DNA of 64,000 nt, taken from the NCBI RefSeq assembly GCF_964204645.1, contig NC_134036.1, forward strand, positions 7,172,434 through 7,236,433. The letters run 5' to 3'. Every line of letters begins with the position of its first letter. Within the stretch, counting starts at the first letter, position 1. Below are positions 27,601 through 39,200 of the stretch, piece after piece. Made by a program: the position numbers and the translations under genes. The stretch is from Tubulanus polymorphus (taxonomy: Eukaryota; Animalia; Nemertea). The notes beneath the pieces are model-generated. The model saw only the letters and a program-made list of their open reading frames with translations, made no database searches and had not been told where the DNA came from.

Positions 27601-28705
27601 CGTAAGAAGTGATGGTCTCTGCGCGTCGGGTTACGGTCGGCGCCCGCGTTACCGGAGTTGGTCGCCCGGTAACGTTATCGGTCTCCGCTCAGGCGGAACG
27701 CGTGCGTAAGAAGTGATGGTCTCTGCGTGCCGGGTTACGGTCCGCGCGTTACCGGAGTTAGTCGCCCGGTAACGTTATCGGTCTCCGCTCAGGCGGACCG
27801 CGTGCGTAAGAAGTGATGGTCTCCGCGTGCCGGGTTACGGTCGGCGCCCGCGTTACCGGAGTTGGTCGCCCGGTAACGTTATCGGTCTCCGCTCAGGCGG
27901 ACCGCGTGCGTGCGTAAGAAGTGATGGTCTCCGCGCGTCGGGCTACGGTCCGCGCGTTACCGGAGTTGGTCGCCCGGTAACGTTATCGGTCTCCGCTCAG
28001 GCGGGCCGCGTGCCTAAGAAGTGACGACGGTCTCCGCGCGTCGGGCTACGGTCGGCGCCCGCGTTACCGGAGTTGGTCGCCCGGTAACGTTATCGGTCTC
28101 CGCTCAGGCGGAACGCGTGCGTAAGAAGTGATGGTCTCCGCGCGCCGGGCTACGGTCGGCGCCCGCGATACCGGAGTTGGTCGCCCGGTAACGTTATCGG
28201 TCTCCGCTCAGGCGGACCGCGTGCGTAAGAAGTGATGGTCTCTGCGCGTCGGGTTACGGTCGGCGCCCGCGTTACCGGAGTTGGTCGCCCGGTAACGTTA
28301 TCGGTCTCCGCTCAGGCGGGCCGCGTGCGTAAGAAGTGACGACGGTCTCCGCGCGCCGGGTTACGGTCGGCGCCCGCGTTACCGGAGTTAGTCGCCCGGT
28401 AACGTTATCGGTCTCCGCTAAAGCGGAGTGTGCGCTGGCGTTGCCTGGCAGTTCCCGTCGGTACGCCGTCTAGAAATAAGTCGTAACAATCGGAGAAAGG
28501 TCGGTCGAACGTACGTGGTGCGTGATGAAGGGCCGAGTCCGACTCGGGCCGTCGGGCGGGCCTGCCTGCCTGCCTGCGCGCGCGTGGTCGGTAAGCGAGT
28601 AGAGTAGATTTTCGAAAAACGACAGAGTCCAGACTCTAAGAGCGAGTGTAGAGCTACGAGTATCCGAGGCTCGGACGAGAACGGAAATAGCGGATTTCGC
28701 TATAT
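21541..28705 (+). other. Element-borne diverged copy of host IGS (unique AT-rich part, expanded subrepeat A, subrepeat B, promoter modules)
   Basis: 21541-22310 aligns by eye to host 5872-6605 with substitutions/indels; promoter modules at 22177 (variant), 23006, 23884, 25629, 27127, 28615. Confidence 0.88.
22390..27120 (+). repeat. Expanded ~119-122 bp subrepeat A array (roughly 30 copies)
   Basis: Regular spacing of the GATGGAGGAGGCGGCAGC unit; source of the long spurious repetitive ORFs. Confidence 0.9.
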
Positions 28706-28819
28706 ACAGGGTCGAGGGTGCGCTTCCGAGGCAGGCGTCTGGCTGTAATGCTATCTCATCGTCGGTTCCTTCTGCGCGTGAGCGCGCTTTTACGACATTG
28801 CGGGCATGTTCTCGAGCGA

Positions 28820-29170
28820 GTCGGCTCTGTTCTTCTGCGAAGTAGACGACATTATCGTAGTTATCGGCTCTGTTCTTCTGTGACTTCGTCCTCGTTGTCG
28901 GCACGGTTTTTCTGTGACATCGTCGTCCTCGTTATCGGCTCTGTTTTTCTGCGACATTGTCGTCGTTATTGGCTCTTCTTTTCTGTGACATCGTCGTCGT
29001 TGTTATTATTATTGTTGTCGGCTCTGTTCTTCTGTACCCGCCCCTTCATACTATTGACGGAACTCTTCTGCGACTTCGTCCTCGTTGTCGGGTCTGTTCT
29101 TCTGCGACTTCGTCGTCGTTGTTGTTTGCGACATCGTCGTCGTTGTTGTCGGCTCTGTTCTTCTGTGGCA
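28820..29170 (+). repeat. ~40-bp degenerate tandem repeat TCGGCTCTGTTCTTCTG(T/C)GAC, element-specific
   Basis: About 8 copies; not seen in the host IGS copies in this window. Confidence 0.7.
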
Positions 29171-29415
29171 GATGAGGAACGTGCATGGCGTTTTGCTCGG
29201 CTGGTCAGCGCACCTGACACCCGCCCTTGATCTATTTAGGGCAACGACGAGAACGGACATACCAGAAATCAGTATATATGTCGGTGAAGGGGGCGCTGTC
29301 CGGTAAGGCCGGATGCTAGCTCGTCGTTACCAACGTCGCTCTGCGTCTGCTATACTTTTCCTCTTTAATATGTCTCCGGGCGTAAGAGCGATTCCCGTCG
29401 GCTCTGTTCTCCAGT

Positions 29416-29880
29416 AGTCGGCTCTGCTCTTCTGTGACGAATTAGGCAGACATGTATGGCTTTAATGCTATCTCATCTTTCGTCGCCATTGACGCGTTGT
29501 GTGTGAGTTTTCGTCGTCAGGCGTGAACGATCCAATTCGCGCACGGCTCTCTTCTTCTTCCTCTTGGCTCGAGCCTCCTTTTCTTTCCTTCATCCGGCCA
29601 AATCAGCGCCCCTAACACCGGCTCTAATGTATAATGGGCACCGAGGAGAACGGTCAGAGTGGATTTTGGTATATAGGGGCGAATGGTGGTCCCCGCGCGC
29701 TGGCTGGCCGGTCGATCGGTTGCGCCGCCGCCGCCGAAAGCATCAACGGCGATCGATGGACGAGATAGCATTACCTTCATATGGCCTACGTCTACCAATG
29801 CGTGAACGGCGACTGAAGGATGAGATAGCATTACGGTCATACGCGTCTGCCACATCCGTCACAGAAAAACAGAGCCGACT
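29416..29880. repeat. ~85-bp imperfect inverted repeat pair (29416-29499 / 29796-29880)
   Basis: AGTCGGCTCTG..TTCTGTGACG..GGCAGAC..TAATGCTATCTCATC..GTCGCC and its reverse complement. Confidence 0.8.
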
Positions 29881-32080
29881 CAGAGATTAGTATGCCACAC
29901 TATCCTGGGTCACTGACCTGTACGGTCGAAGGCGGCGCAGCCGGTCGGCATCGTATAATCGTTCACGGCAGACGACGAAATCGACAGAGTCCAGACTCCA
30001 CGTGGAAGAGTGGAGCACCGAGTATCCGAGGCTCGGACGAGAACGGAAATAGGCCAGGTCGCTATATGTGTAGGGATGGTGAACGGGCGACCAGTCGGTC
30101 GGTCGAAGGCGGCGGCGCGGCCGGCCGGCCGGAGGCGGGCACGAACGAGGCCCGCCCGCCCGAGTCGGTAGGTCGAAGGTGTCTAGAAATAAGTCGTAAC
30201 AGTAACGGTAGCGGCTGCGGTCGCGGCGAATTGACGCTAGAAGGGTCGTCGAACGGTAGGTCGGAGTCCCGCGGTCCTCGGTCGGTGCCGGTCGGTCGAA
30301 GGAGGCGGCGGCGGCAGGTCGGTCGGTGTCTCGGTCTCGAAAAACGACAGAGTCCAGACTCTAAGATGGAGTGAACGGGCGACCAGTCGGTCGGTCGAAG
30401 GCGGCGGCGGCGCGGCCGGCCGGCCGGAGGCGGCACGAACGAGGCCCGCCCGCCCGCCCGAGTCGGTAGGTCGAAGGTGTCTAGAAATAAGTCGTAACAG
30501 TAACAGTAGCGGCTGCGGTCGCGGCGAATTGACGCTAGAAGGGTCGTCGAACGGTAGGTCGGAGTCCAGAGTCGGAGTCCCGCGGCCGGTCGGTCCCGGT
30601 CTGTCGATGGAGGCGGCGGCGGTGGCAGGTCGGTCGGTCGGTCGGTCGGGGTCTCGGCTCGGTGTCGGTCGGTCGGAGTCCAGAGTCGGAGTCCCGCGGT
30701 CGTCGGTCGGTCCCGGTCTGTCGATGGAGGAGGCGGCAGCGGCGGAAGGTCGGTCGGGGTCTCGGGCTCGGTCTCGGCTCGGTACGGTAGGTCGGAGTCC
30801 AGAGTCGGAGTCCCCGGTCGTCGGTCGGTCCCGGTCTGTCGATGGAGGCGGCGGCGGTGGCAGGTCGGTCGGTCGGTCGGGGTCTCGGCTCGGTGTCGGT
30901 CGGTCGGAGTCCAGAGTCGGAGTCCCGCGGTCGTCGGTCGGTCCCGGTCTGTCGATGGAGGAGGCGGCAGCGGCGGAAGGTCGGTCGGGGTCTCGGTCTC
31001 GGTCTCGGGCTCGGCACGGTAGGTCGGAGTCCCGCGGTCCTCGGTCGGTGCCGGTCGGTCGAAGGAGGCGGCGGCGGCGGCGGCAGGTCGGTCGGTCGGT
31101 GTCTCGGTCTGGAAAAACGACAGAGTCCAGACTCTAAGATGGAGTGTAGAGCTACGAGTATCCGAGGCTCGGACGAGAACGGAAATAGGCCAGGTCGCTA
31201 TATGTGTAGGGATGGTGAACGGGCGACCAGTCGGCCGGTCGAAGGCGGCGGCGCGGCCGGCCGGCCGGAGGCGGCACGAACGAGGCCCGCCCGCCCTCCC
31301 GCCCGAGTCGGTAGGTCGAAGGTGTCTAGAAATAAGTCGTAACAGTAACAGTAGCGGCTGCGGTCGCGAATTGACGCTAGAAGGGTCGTCGAACGGTAGG
31401 TCGGAGTCCAGAGTCGGAGTCCCGCGGCCGGTCGGTCGGTCCCCGTCTGTCGATGGAGGCGGCGGCGGTGGCAGGTCGGTCGGTCGGTCGGGGTCTCGGC
31501 TCGGTGTCGGTCGGTCGGAGTCCAGAGTCGGAGTCCCGCGGTCGTCGGTCGGTCCCGGTCTGTCGATGGAGGAGGCGGCAGCGGCGGACGGTCGGTCGGG
31601 GTCTCGGTCTTGGTCTCGGGCTCGGCACGGTAGGTCTGAGTCCAGAGTCGGAGTCCCGCGGCCGGTTGGTCGGTCCCGGCCTGTCGATGGAGGCGGCGGC
31701 GGTGGCAGGTCGGTCGGTCGGTCGGTCGGGGTCTCGGCTCGGCACGGTAGGTCGGAGTCCAGAGTCAGAGTCCCGCGGTCGGTCGGTCGGGGGTCTCGGT
31801 CTCGGGCTCGCGCTCGGCACGGTAGGTCGGAGTCCCACGGTCGGTCGGTCTCGGTCTCGGTGTCGGTCGGTCTGAGTCCAGAGTCGGAGTCCCGCGGTCG
31901 TCGGTCGGTCCCGGTCTGTCGATGGAGGAGGCGGCAGCGGCGGAAGGTCGGTCGGGGTCTCGGTCTCGGTTTCGGGCACGGCACGGTAGGTCGGAGTCCA
32001 GAGTCGGAGTCCCGCGTTCCTCGGTCGGTGCCGGTCGGTCGAAGGAGGCGGCAGGTCGGTCGGTCGGTGTCTCGGTCTCG

Positions 32081-32460
32081 AAAAACGACAGAGTCCAGAC
32101 TCTAAGTAGGAGTGTAGAGCTCCGAGTATCCGAGGCTCGGACGAGAACGGAAATAGGCAAAGTCGCTATATGTGTAGAGAAGGTGCTCACCGGGGGCAGT
32201 TCGGGCGCCAGTCCGACTGCCTCTCCTGTCGATCGAGGCCGGTCTTTGAACGACCGGTCCGCGGCGGCCCTCCTCGTCCGTAGGACGATGATACGCTAAC
32301 GGCAAGACGCCTCGCCAGGTCGCGATGCTCCTTCCGAGGAGCCTCCTTCAAAACGGCGGTGGCGCGCGCGTCCGTCGTCTCGTTGAGAGACGCGGACGGA
32401 CTCGATAGGTCGGATACGGTGGTCGGTCAGGCGTTCGTCTCCGCTCCGGCGGGGTCGGAC
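32081..32460 (+). promoter_or_regulatory. Element-borne Pol I gene-promoter copy + first ~290 nt of 5'ETS
   Basis: Matches host 12689-13090 (TATATGTGTAGAGAAGGTGCTCACCGGGGGCAGTTCGG...) with substitutions. Confidence 0.8.
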
Positions 32461-32904
32461 GGTCGCGGACGAAGCATTGTCTGTGACGAGCGTTGTTCGT
32501 AAACTCTACGTGGTCGCGTCTCTGAGCCGGTCGCCGCCGCCGCCGCGGTAGCGTCCGGGATGTTCGATTACCTTCCACTATCCTCGATTTTCGTGCGTGT
32601 GGAGCCGCGCGTAACTGTAGTGAGGTTTTTTGTCCGCGTTCGGGAGAGTAAGTTCGCACCGATGATGGGCGCGCCGAGCAGTGAGGGTGCAATGCAAAGA
32701 CCCGTGCCCTAGGAGTGTTCCTAAAAGGTTGGTCGCTGTGCACCGTCGAATGTACGCGGCCGACCCCTACCCCCGTCCGACCTAGACCAAAGCTGTCCAG
32801 AGGGTCGGCCCGAACGTTATGGATGGGATTCCGAACGCCTAGTTTTCGCGTTAGGTTGAGTTTTCGAGTATCGACTATGACCGTATTGTAGACTTGCGTT
32901 CGTA

Positions 32905-35900
32905 CGGTACGCCGTCTAGAAATAAGTCGTAACAATCGGAGAAGAATCGGTCGAACGTGGTGCGTGATGATGGGCCGAGTCCGACTCGGGCCGTCGTCGA
33001 GATGCGAGACCCGCCTTCGGGGCGTCTTGCCGTCTAGAAATAAGTCGTAACAATCGGAGAAGAATCGGTCGAACGTGGTGCGTGATGAAGGGCCGAGTCC
33101 GACTCGGGCCGTCGTCGGGATGCGAGACCCGCCGTCGGGGCGTCTGGCTTCGCCGGAGTGTGCGCTGGCGTTGCCTGGCAGTTCCCGTCGGTGGATGGTC
33201 TCGACGGGTAGAGAGGTGCCTCGGGTGCGCGGAGTGTAACTCCGTCGCAGGTCGGACACGAACGGTATAATCGCGTTCCGCGCGTCGTCGCCCGATACGG
33301 TCGACGTCGCCGGTCGCGCTCCGCGGCGTCGAAGGAACGGCTGGCCGACGGCCTAGTGTCGTCGCCTCCGCTTCGTCCCGCCAGGTACGTAGTGCGTCGA
33401 GACGGGCCGAGACCGACTCGGGCCGTCGTCGGGATGCGAGACCCGCCGTCGGGGCGTCTGGCTTCGCCGGAGAGTGCGCTGGCGTTGCCTGGCAGTTCCC
33501 GTCGGTGGATGGTCTCGACGGGTAGAGAGGTGCCTCGGGTGCGCGGAGTGTAACTCCGTCGCAGGTCGGACACGAACGGTATAATCGCGTTCCGCGCGTC
33601 GTCGCCCGAACGGTCGACGTCGCCGGTCGCGCTCCGCGGCGTCGAAGGAACGGCTGGCCGACGGCCTAGTGTCGTCGCCTCCGCTTCGTCCCGCCAGGTA
33701 CGTAGTGCGTCGAGACGGGCCGAGACCGACTCGGGCCGTCGTCGGGATGCGAGACCCGCCGTCGGGGCGTCTGGCTTCGCCGGAGAGTGCGCTGGCGTTG
33801 CCTGGCAGTTCCCGTCGGTGGATGGTCTCGACGGGTAGAGAGGTGCCTCGGGTGCGCGGAGTGTAACTCCGTCGCAGGTCGGACACGAACGGTATAATCG
33901 CGTTCCGCGCGTCGTCGCCCGAACGGTCGACGTCGCCGGTCGCGCTCCGCGGCGTCGAAGGAACGGCTGGCCGACGGCCTAGTGTCGTCGCCTCCGCTTC
34001 GTCCCGCCAGGTACGTAGTGCTTTGAGACGGGCCGAGACCGACTCGGGCCGTCGTCGGGATGCGAGACCCGCCTTCGGGGCGTCTTGCCGTCTAGAAATA
34101 AGTCGTAACAATCGGAGAAGAATCGGTCGAACGTGGTGCGTGATGAAGGGCCGAGTCCGACTCGGGCCGTCGTCGGGATGCGAGACCCGCCGTCGGGGCG
34201 TCTGGCTTCGCCGGAGAGTGCGCTGGCGTTGCCTGGCAGTTTCCGTCGGTGGATGGTCTCGACGGGTAGAGAGGTGCCTCGGGTGCGCGGAGTGTAACTC
34301 CGTCGCAGGTCGGACACGAAGGGTATAATCGCGTTCCGCGCGTCGTCGCCCGATACGGTCGACGTCGCCGGTCGCGCTCCGCGGCGTCGAAGGAACGGCT
34401 GGCCGACGGCCTAGTGTCGTCGCCTCCGCTTCGTCCCGCCAGGTACGTAGTGCGTCGAGACGGGCCGAGACCGACTCGGGCCGTCGTCGGGATGCGAGAC
34501 CCGCCGTCGGGGCGTCTGGCTTCGCCGGAGAGTGCGCTGGCGTTGCCTGGCAGTTCCCGTCGGTGGATGGTCTCGACGGGTAGAGAGGTGCCTCGGGTGC
34601 GCGGAGTGTAACTCCGTCGCAGGTCGGACACGAACGGTATAATCGCGTTCCGCGCGTCGTCGCCCGAACGGTCGACGTCGCCGGTCGCGCTCCGCGGCGT
34701 CGAAGGAACGGCTGGCCGACGGCCTAGTGTCGTCGCCTCCGCTTCGTCCCGCCAGGTACGTAGTGCTTTGAGACGGGCCGAGACCGACTCGGGCCGTCGT
34801 CGGGATGCGAGACCCGCCTTCGGGGCGTCTTGCCGTCTAGAAATAAGTCGTAACAATCGGAGAAGAATCGGTCGAACGTGGTGCGTGATGAAGGGCCGAG
34901 TCCGACTCGGGCCGTCGTCGGGATGCGAGACCCGCCGTCGGGGCGTCTGGCTTCGCCGGAGAGTGCGCTGGCGTTGCCTGGCAGTTCCCGTCGGTGGATG
35001 GTCTCGACGGGTAGAGAGGTGCCTCGTGTGCGCGGAGTGTAACTCCGTCGCAGGTCGGACACGAACGGTATAATCGCGTTCCGCGCGTCGTCGCCCGAAC
35101 GGTCGACGTCGCCGGTCGCGCTCCGCGGCGTCGAAGGAACGGCTGGCCGACGGCCTAGTGTCGTCGCCTCCGCTTCGTCCCGCCAGGTACGTAGTGCGTT
35201 GAGACGAGACCCGCCTTCGGGGCGTCTTGCCGTCTAGAAATAAGTCGTAACAATCGGAGAAGAATCGGTCGAACGTGGTGCGTGATGAAGGGCCGAGTCC
35301 GACTCGGGCCGTCGTCGGGATGCGAGACCCGCCGTCGGGGCGTCTGGCTTCGCCGGAGAGTGCGCTGGCGTTGCCTGGCAGTTCCCGTCGGTGGATGGTC
35401 TCGACGGGTAGAGAGGTGCCTCTGGTGCGCGGAGTGTAACTCCGTCGCAGGTCGGACACGAACGGTATAATCGCGTTCCGCGCGTCGTCGCCCGATACGG
35501 TCGACGTCGCCGGTCGCGCTCCGCGGCGTCGAAGGAACGGCTGGCCGACGGCCTAGTGTCGTCGCCTCCGCTTCGTCCCGCCAGGTACGTAGTGCGTCGA
35601 GACGGGCCGAGACCGACTCGGGCCGTCGTCGGGATGCGAGACCCGCCGTCGGGGCGTCTGGCTTCGCCGGAGAGTGCGCTGGCGTTGCCTGGCAGTTCCC
35701 GTCGGTGGATGGTCTCGACGGGTAGAGAGGTGCCTCGGGTGCGCGGAGTGTAACTCCGTCGCAGGTCGGACACGAACGGTATAATCGCGTTCCGCGCGTC
35801 GTCGCCCGAACGGTCGACGTCGCCGGTCGCGCTCCGCGGCGTCGAAGGAACGGCTGGCCGACGGCCTAGTGTCGTCGCCTCCGCTTCGTCCCGCCAGGTA

Positions 35901-35915
35901 CGTAGTGCGTCGAGA
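32905..35915 (+). repeat. Array of 313-431 bp chimeric repeats (5.8S-3'/ITS2 fragment + IGS fragments), 8 copies
   Basis: ATCGCGTTCCGCGCGTCGTCGCCC (host ITS2 561-584) at 33270, 33584, 33897, 34328, 34642, 35073, 35470, 35784. Confidence 0.87.
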
Positions 35916-36037
35916 CGCGACGAGTGGTCCGCCGGTCGGTCGGTCGGTCGGTAGTAGAGAGGCGGCCCGAGGGCGGCGGTGGGCCGGCCTGCGCGCGCGC
36001 GCGCGCGTGGTCGGTAAGCGAGTAGAGTAGATTTTCG

Positions 36038-36286
36038 AAAAACGACAGAGTCCAGACTCTAAGTTGGAGTGTAGGGCTGCGAGTATCCGAGGCTCGGACG
36101 AGAACGGATATAGGCAAAGTCGCTATATGTGTAGAGAAGGTGCTCACCGGGGGCAGTTCGGGCGCCAGTCCGACTGCCTCTCCTGTCGATCGAGGCCGGT
36201 CTTTAAACGACCGGTCCGCGGCGGCCCTCCTCGTCCGTAGGACGATGATACGCTAACGGCAAGACGCCTCGCCAGGTCGCGATGCT
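36038..36286 (+). promoter_or_regulatory. Second element-borne Pol I promoter copy + ~160 nt of 5'ETS
   Basis: Near-identical to 32081-32330. Confidence 0.8.
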
Positions 36287-36289
36287 CTG

Positions 36290-39200
36290 CCTGCCGGGTT
36301 ACGGTCCCCGCGTTACCGGAGTTAGTCGCCCGGTAACGTTATCGGTCTCCGCTCAGGCGGACCGCGAAAGAAGTGATGGTCTCTTCGTGTCGGGTTAGGG
36401 TCGGTGCCCGCGTTACCGGAGTTAGTCGCCCGGAAACGTTATCGGTCTCCGCTCAGGCGGACCGCGAAAGAAGTGATGGTCTCTGCGCGTCGGGTTACGG
36501 TCGGCGCCCGCGATACCGGAGTTGGTCGCCCGGTAACGTTATCAGTCTCCGCTCAGGCGGACCGCGAAAGAAGTGATGGTCTCTGCGTGTCGGGTTACGG
36601 TCGGTGCCCGCGTTACCGGAGTTAGTCGCCCGGAAACGTTATCGGTCTCCGCTCAGGCGGACCGCGAAAGAAGTGATGACGGTCTCTGCGTGCCGGGTTA
36701 CGGTCGGTGCCCGCGTTACCGGAGTTAGTCGCCCGGTAACGTTATCGGTCTCCGCTCAGGCGGACCGCGAAAGAAGTGACGGTCTCTGCGTGTCGGGTTA
36801 CGGTCGGTGCCCGCGTTACCGGAGTTAGTCGCCCGGAAACGTTATCGGTCTCCGCTCAGGCGGACCGAGTAAGAAGTGATAGTCTCTGCGTGCAGGGTTA
36901 CGGTCCCCGCGTTACCGGAGTTAGTCGCCCGGTAACGTTATCGGTCTCCGCTCAGGCGGACCGCGTAAGAAGTGATGGTCTCTGCGTGTCGGGTTACGGT
37001 CGGTGCCCGCGTTACCGGAGTTGGTGGCCCGGTAACGTTATCGGTCTCCGCTCAGGCGGACCGCGTAAGAAGTGATGGTCTCTGCGTGCCGGGTTATGGT
37101 CCCCGCGTTACCGGAGTTGGTCGCCGCGTAACGTTATCGGTCTCCGCTTAGGCGGACCGCGTAAGAAGTGATGGTCTCTGCGTGCCGGAAAACGGTCCCC
37201 GCGTTACCGGAGTTGGTCGCCGCGTAACGTTATCGGTCTCCGCTCAGGCGGACCGCGTAAGAAGTGATGGTCTCCGCGTGCCGGGTTATGGTCCCCGCGT
37301 TACCGGAGTTGGTCGCCGCGTAACGTTATCGGTCTCCGCTTAGGCAGGCCGCGTAAGAAGTGATGGTCTCTGCGTGCCGGGTTATGGTCCCCGCGTTACC
37401 GGAGTTGGTCGCCGCGTAACGTTATCGGTCTCCGCTTAGGCGGGCCGCGTAAGAAGTGATGGTCTCTGCGTGCCGGGTTACGGTCCCCGCGTTACCGGAG
37501 TTGGTCGCCGCGTAACGTTAAAAGTCTCCGCTTAGGCGACCCCGCATAAGAGGTTATGGTCGCACCGCGTAAGCGATAATCGTCGCACCGCGTAATGGTT
37601 ATGGTCCACGCGTTACCGGAGTTGGTCGCCGCGTAACGTTATCGGTCTCCGCTTAGGCGGACCGCGTAAGAAGTGATGGTCTCCGCGTGCCGGGTTACGG
37701 TCCCCGCGTTACCGGAGTTGGTCGCCGCGTAACGTTAAAAGTCACCGCTCAGGCGGACCGCGAAAGAAGTGATGGTCTCTTCGTGTCGGGTTACGGTCGG
37801 TGCCCGCGTTACCGGAGTTAGTCGCCCGGAAACGTTATCGGTCTCCGCTCAGGCGGACCGCGAAAGAAGTGATGGTCTCTGCGTGTCGGGTTAGGGTCGG
37901 TGCCCGCGTTACCGGAGTTAGTCGCCCGGTAACGTTATCGGTCTCCGCTCAGGCGGACCGCGAAAGAAGTGATGGTCTCTTCGTGTCGGGTTACGGTCGG
38001 TGCCCGCGTTACCGGAGTTAGTCGCCCGGAAACGTTATCGGTCTCCGCTCAGGCGGACCGCGTGCGTAAGAAGTGATAGTCTCTGCGTGCCGGGTTACGG
38101 TCCCCGCGTTACCGGAGTTAGTCGCCCGGTAACGTTATCGGTCTCCGCTCAGGCGGACCGCGTAAGAAGTGATGGTCTCTGCGTGTCGGGTTACGGTGCC
38201 CGCGTTACCGGAGTTGGTCGCCCGGTAACGTTATCGGTCTCCGCTCAGGCGGACCGCGTGCGTACGTAAGAAGTGATGGTCTCTGCGCGTCGGGTTACGG
38301 TCGGCGCCCGCGATACCAGAGTTGGTCGCCCGGTAACGTTATCAGTCTCCGCTCAGGCGGACCGCGAAAGAAGTGATGGTCTCTGCGTGTCGGGTTACGG
38401 TCGGTGCCCGCATTACCGGAGTTAGCCGCCCGGTAACGTTATCGGTCTCCGCTCAGGCGGACCGCGTGCGTACGTAAGAAGTGATGGTCTCTGCGCGTCG
38501 GGTTACGGTCGGCGCCCGCGATACCGGAGTTGGTCGCCCGGTAACGTTATCAGTCTCCGCTCAGGCGGACCGCGAAAGAAGTGATGGTCTCTTCGTGTCG
38601 GGTTACGGTCGGTGCCCGCGTTACCGGAGTTAGTCGCCCGGAAACGTTATCGGTTTCCGCTCAGGCGGACCGCGAAAGAAGTGATGGTCTCTGCGTGTCG
38701 GGTTACGGTCGGTGCCCGCGTTACCGGAGTTAGTCGCCCGGTAACGTTATCGGTCTCCGCTCAGGCGGACCGCGAAAGAAGTGATGACGGTCTCTGCGTG
38801 CCGGGTTACGGTCGGCGCCCGCGTTACCGGAGTTAGTCGCCCGGAAACGTTATCGGTCTCCGCTCAGGCGGACCGCGAAAGAAGTGATGGTCTCTTCGTG
38901 TCGGGTTACGGTCGGTGCCCGCGTTACCGGAGTTCGTCGCCCGGAAACGTTATCGGTCTCCGCTCAGGCGGACCGCGTGCGTACGTAAGAAGTGATGGTC
39001 TCTGCGCGTCGGGTTACGGTCGGCGCCCGCGATACCGGAGTTGGTCGCCCGGTAACGTTATCAGTCTCCGCTCAGGCGGACCGCGAAAGAAGTGATGGTC
39101 TCTGCGTGTCGGGTTACGGTCGGTGCCCGCGTTACCGGAGTTAGCCGCCCGGTAACGTTATCGGTCTCCGCTCAGGCGGACCGCGAAAGAAGTGACGGTC

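Noticed and set aside
28470-30374. Short ORFs in the element-specific island as a second gene
   Set aside because: Translations mirror the 40-bp repeats and inverted repeat; no consistent splice model or recognisable motif.
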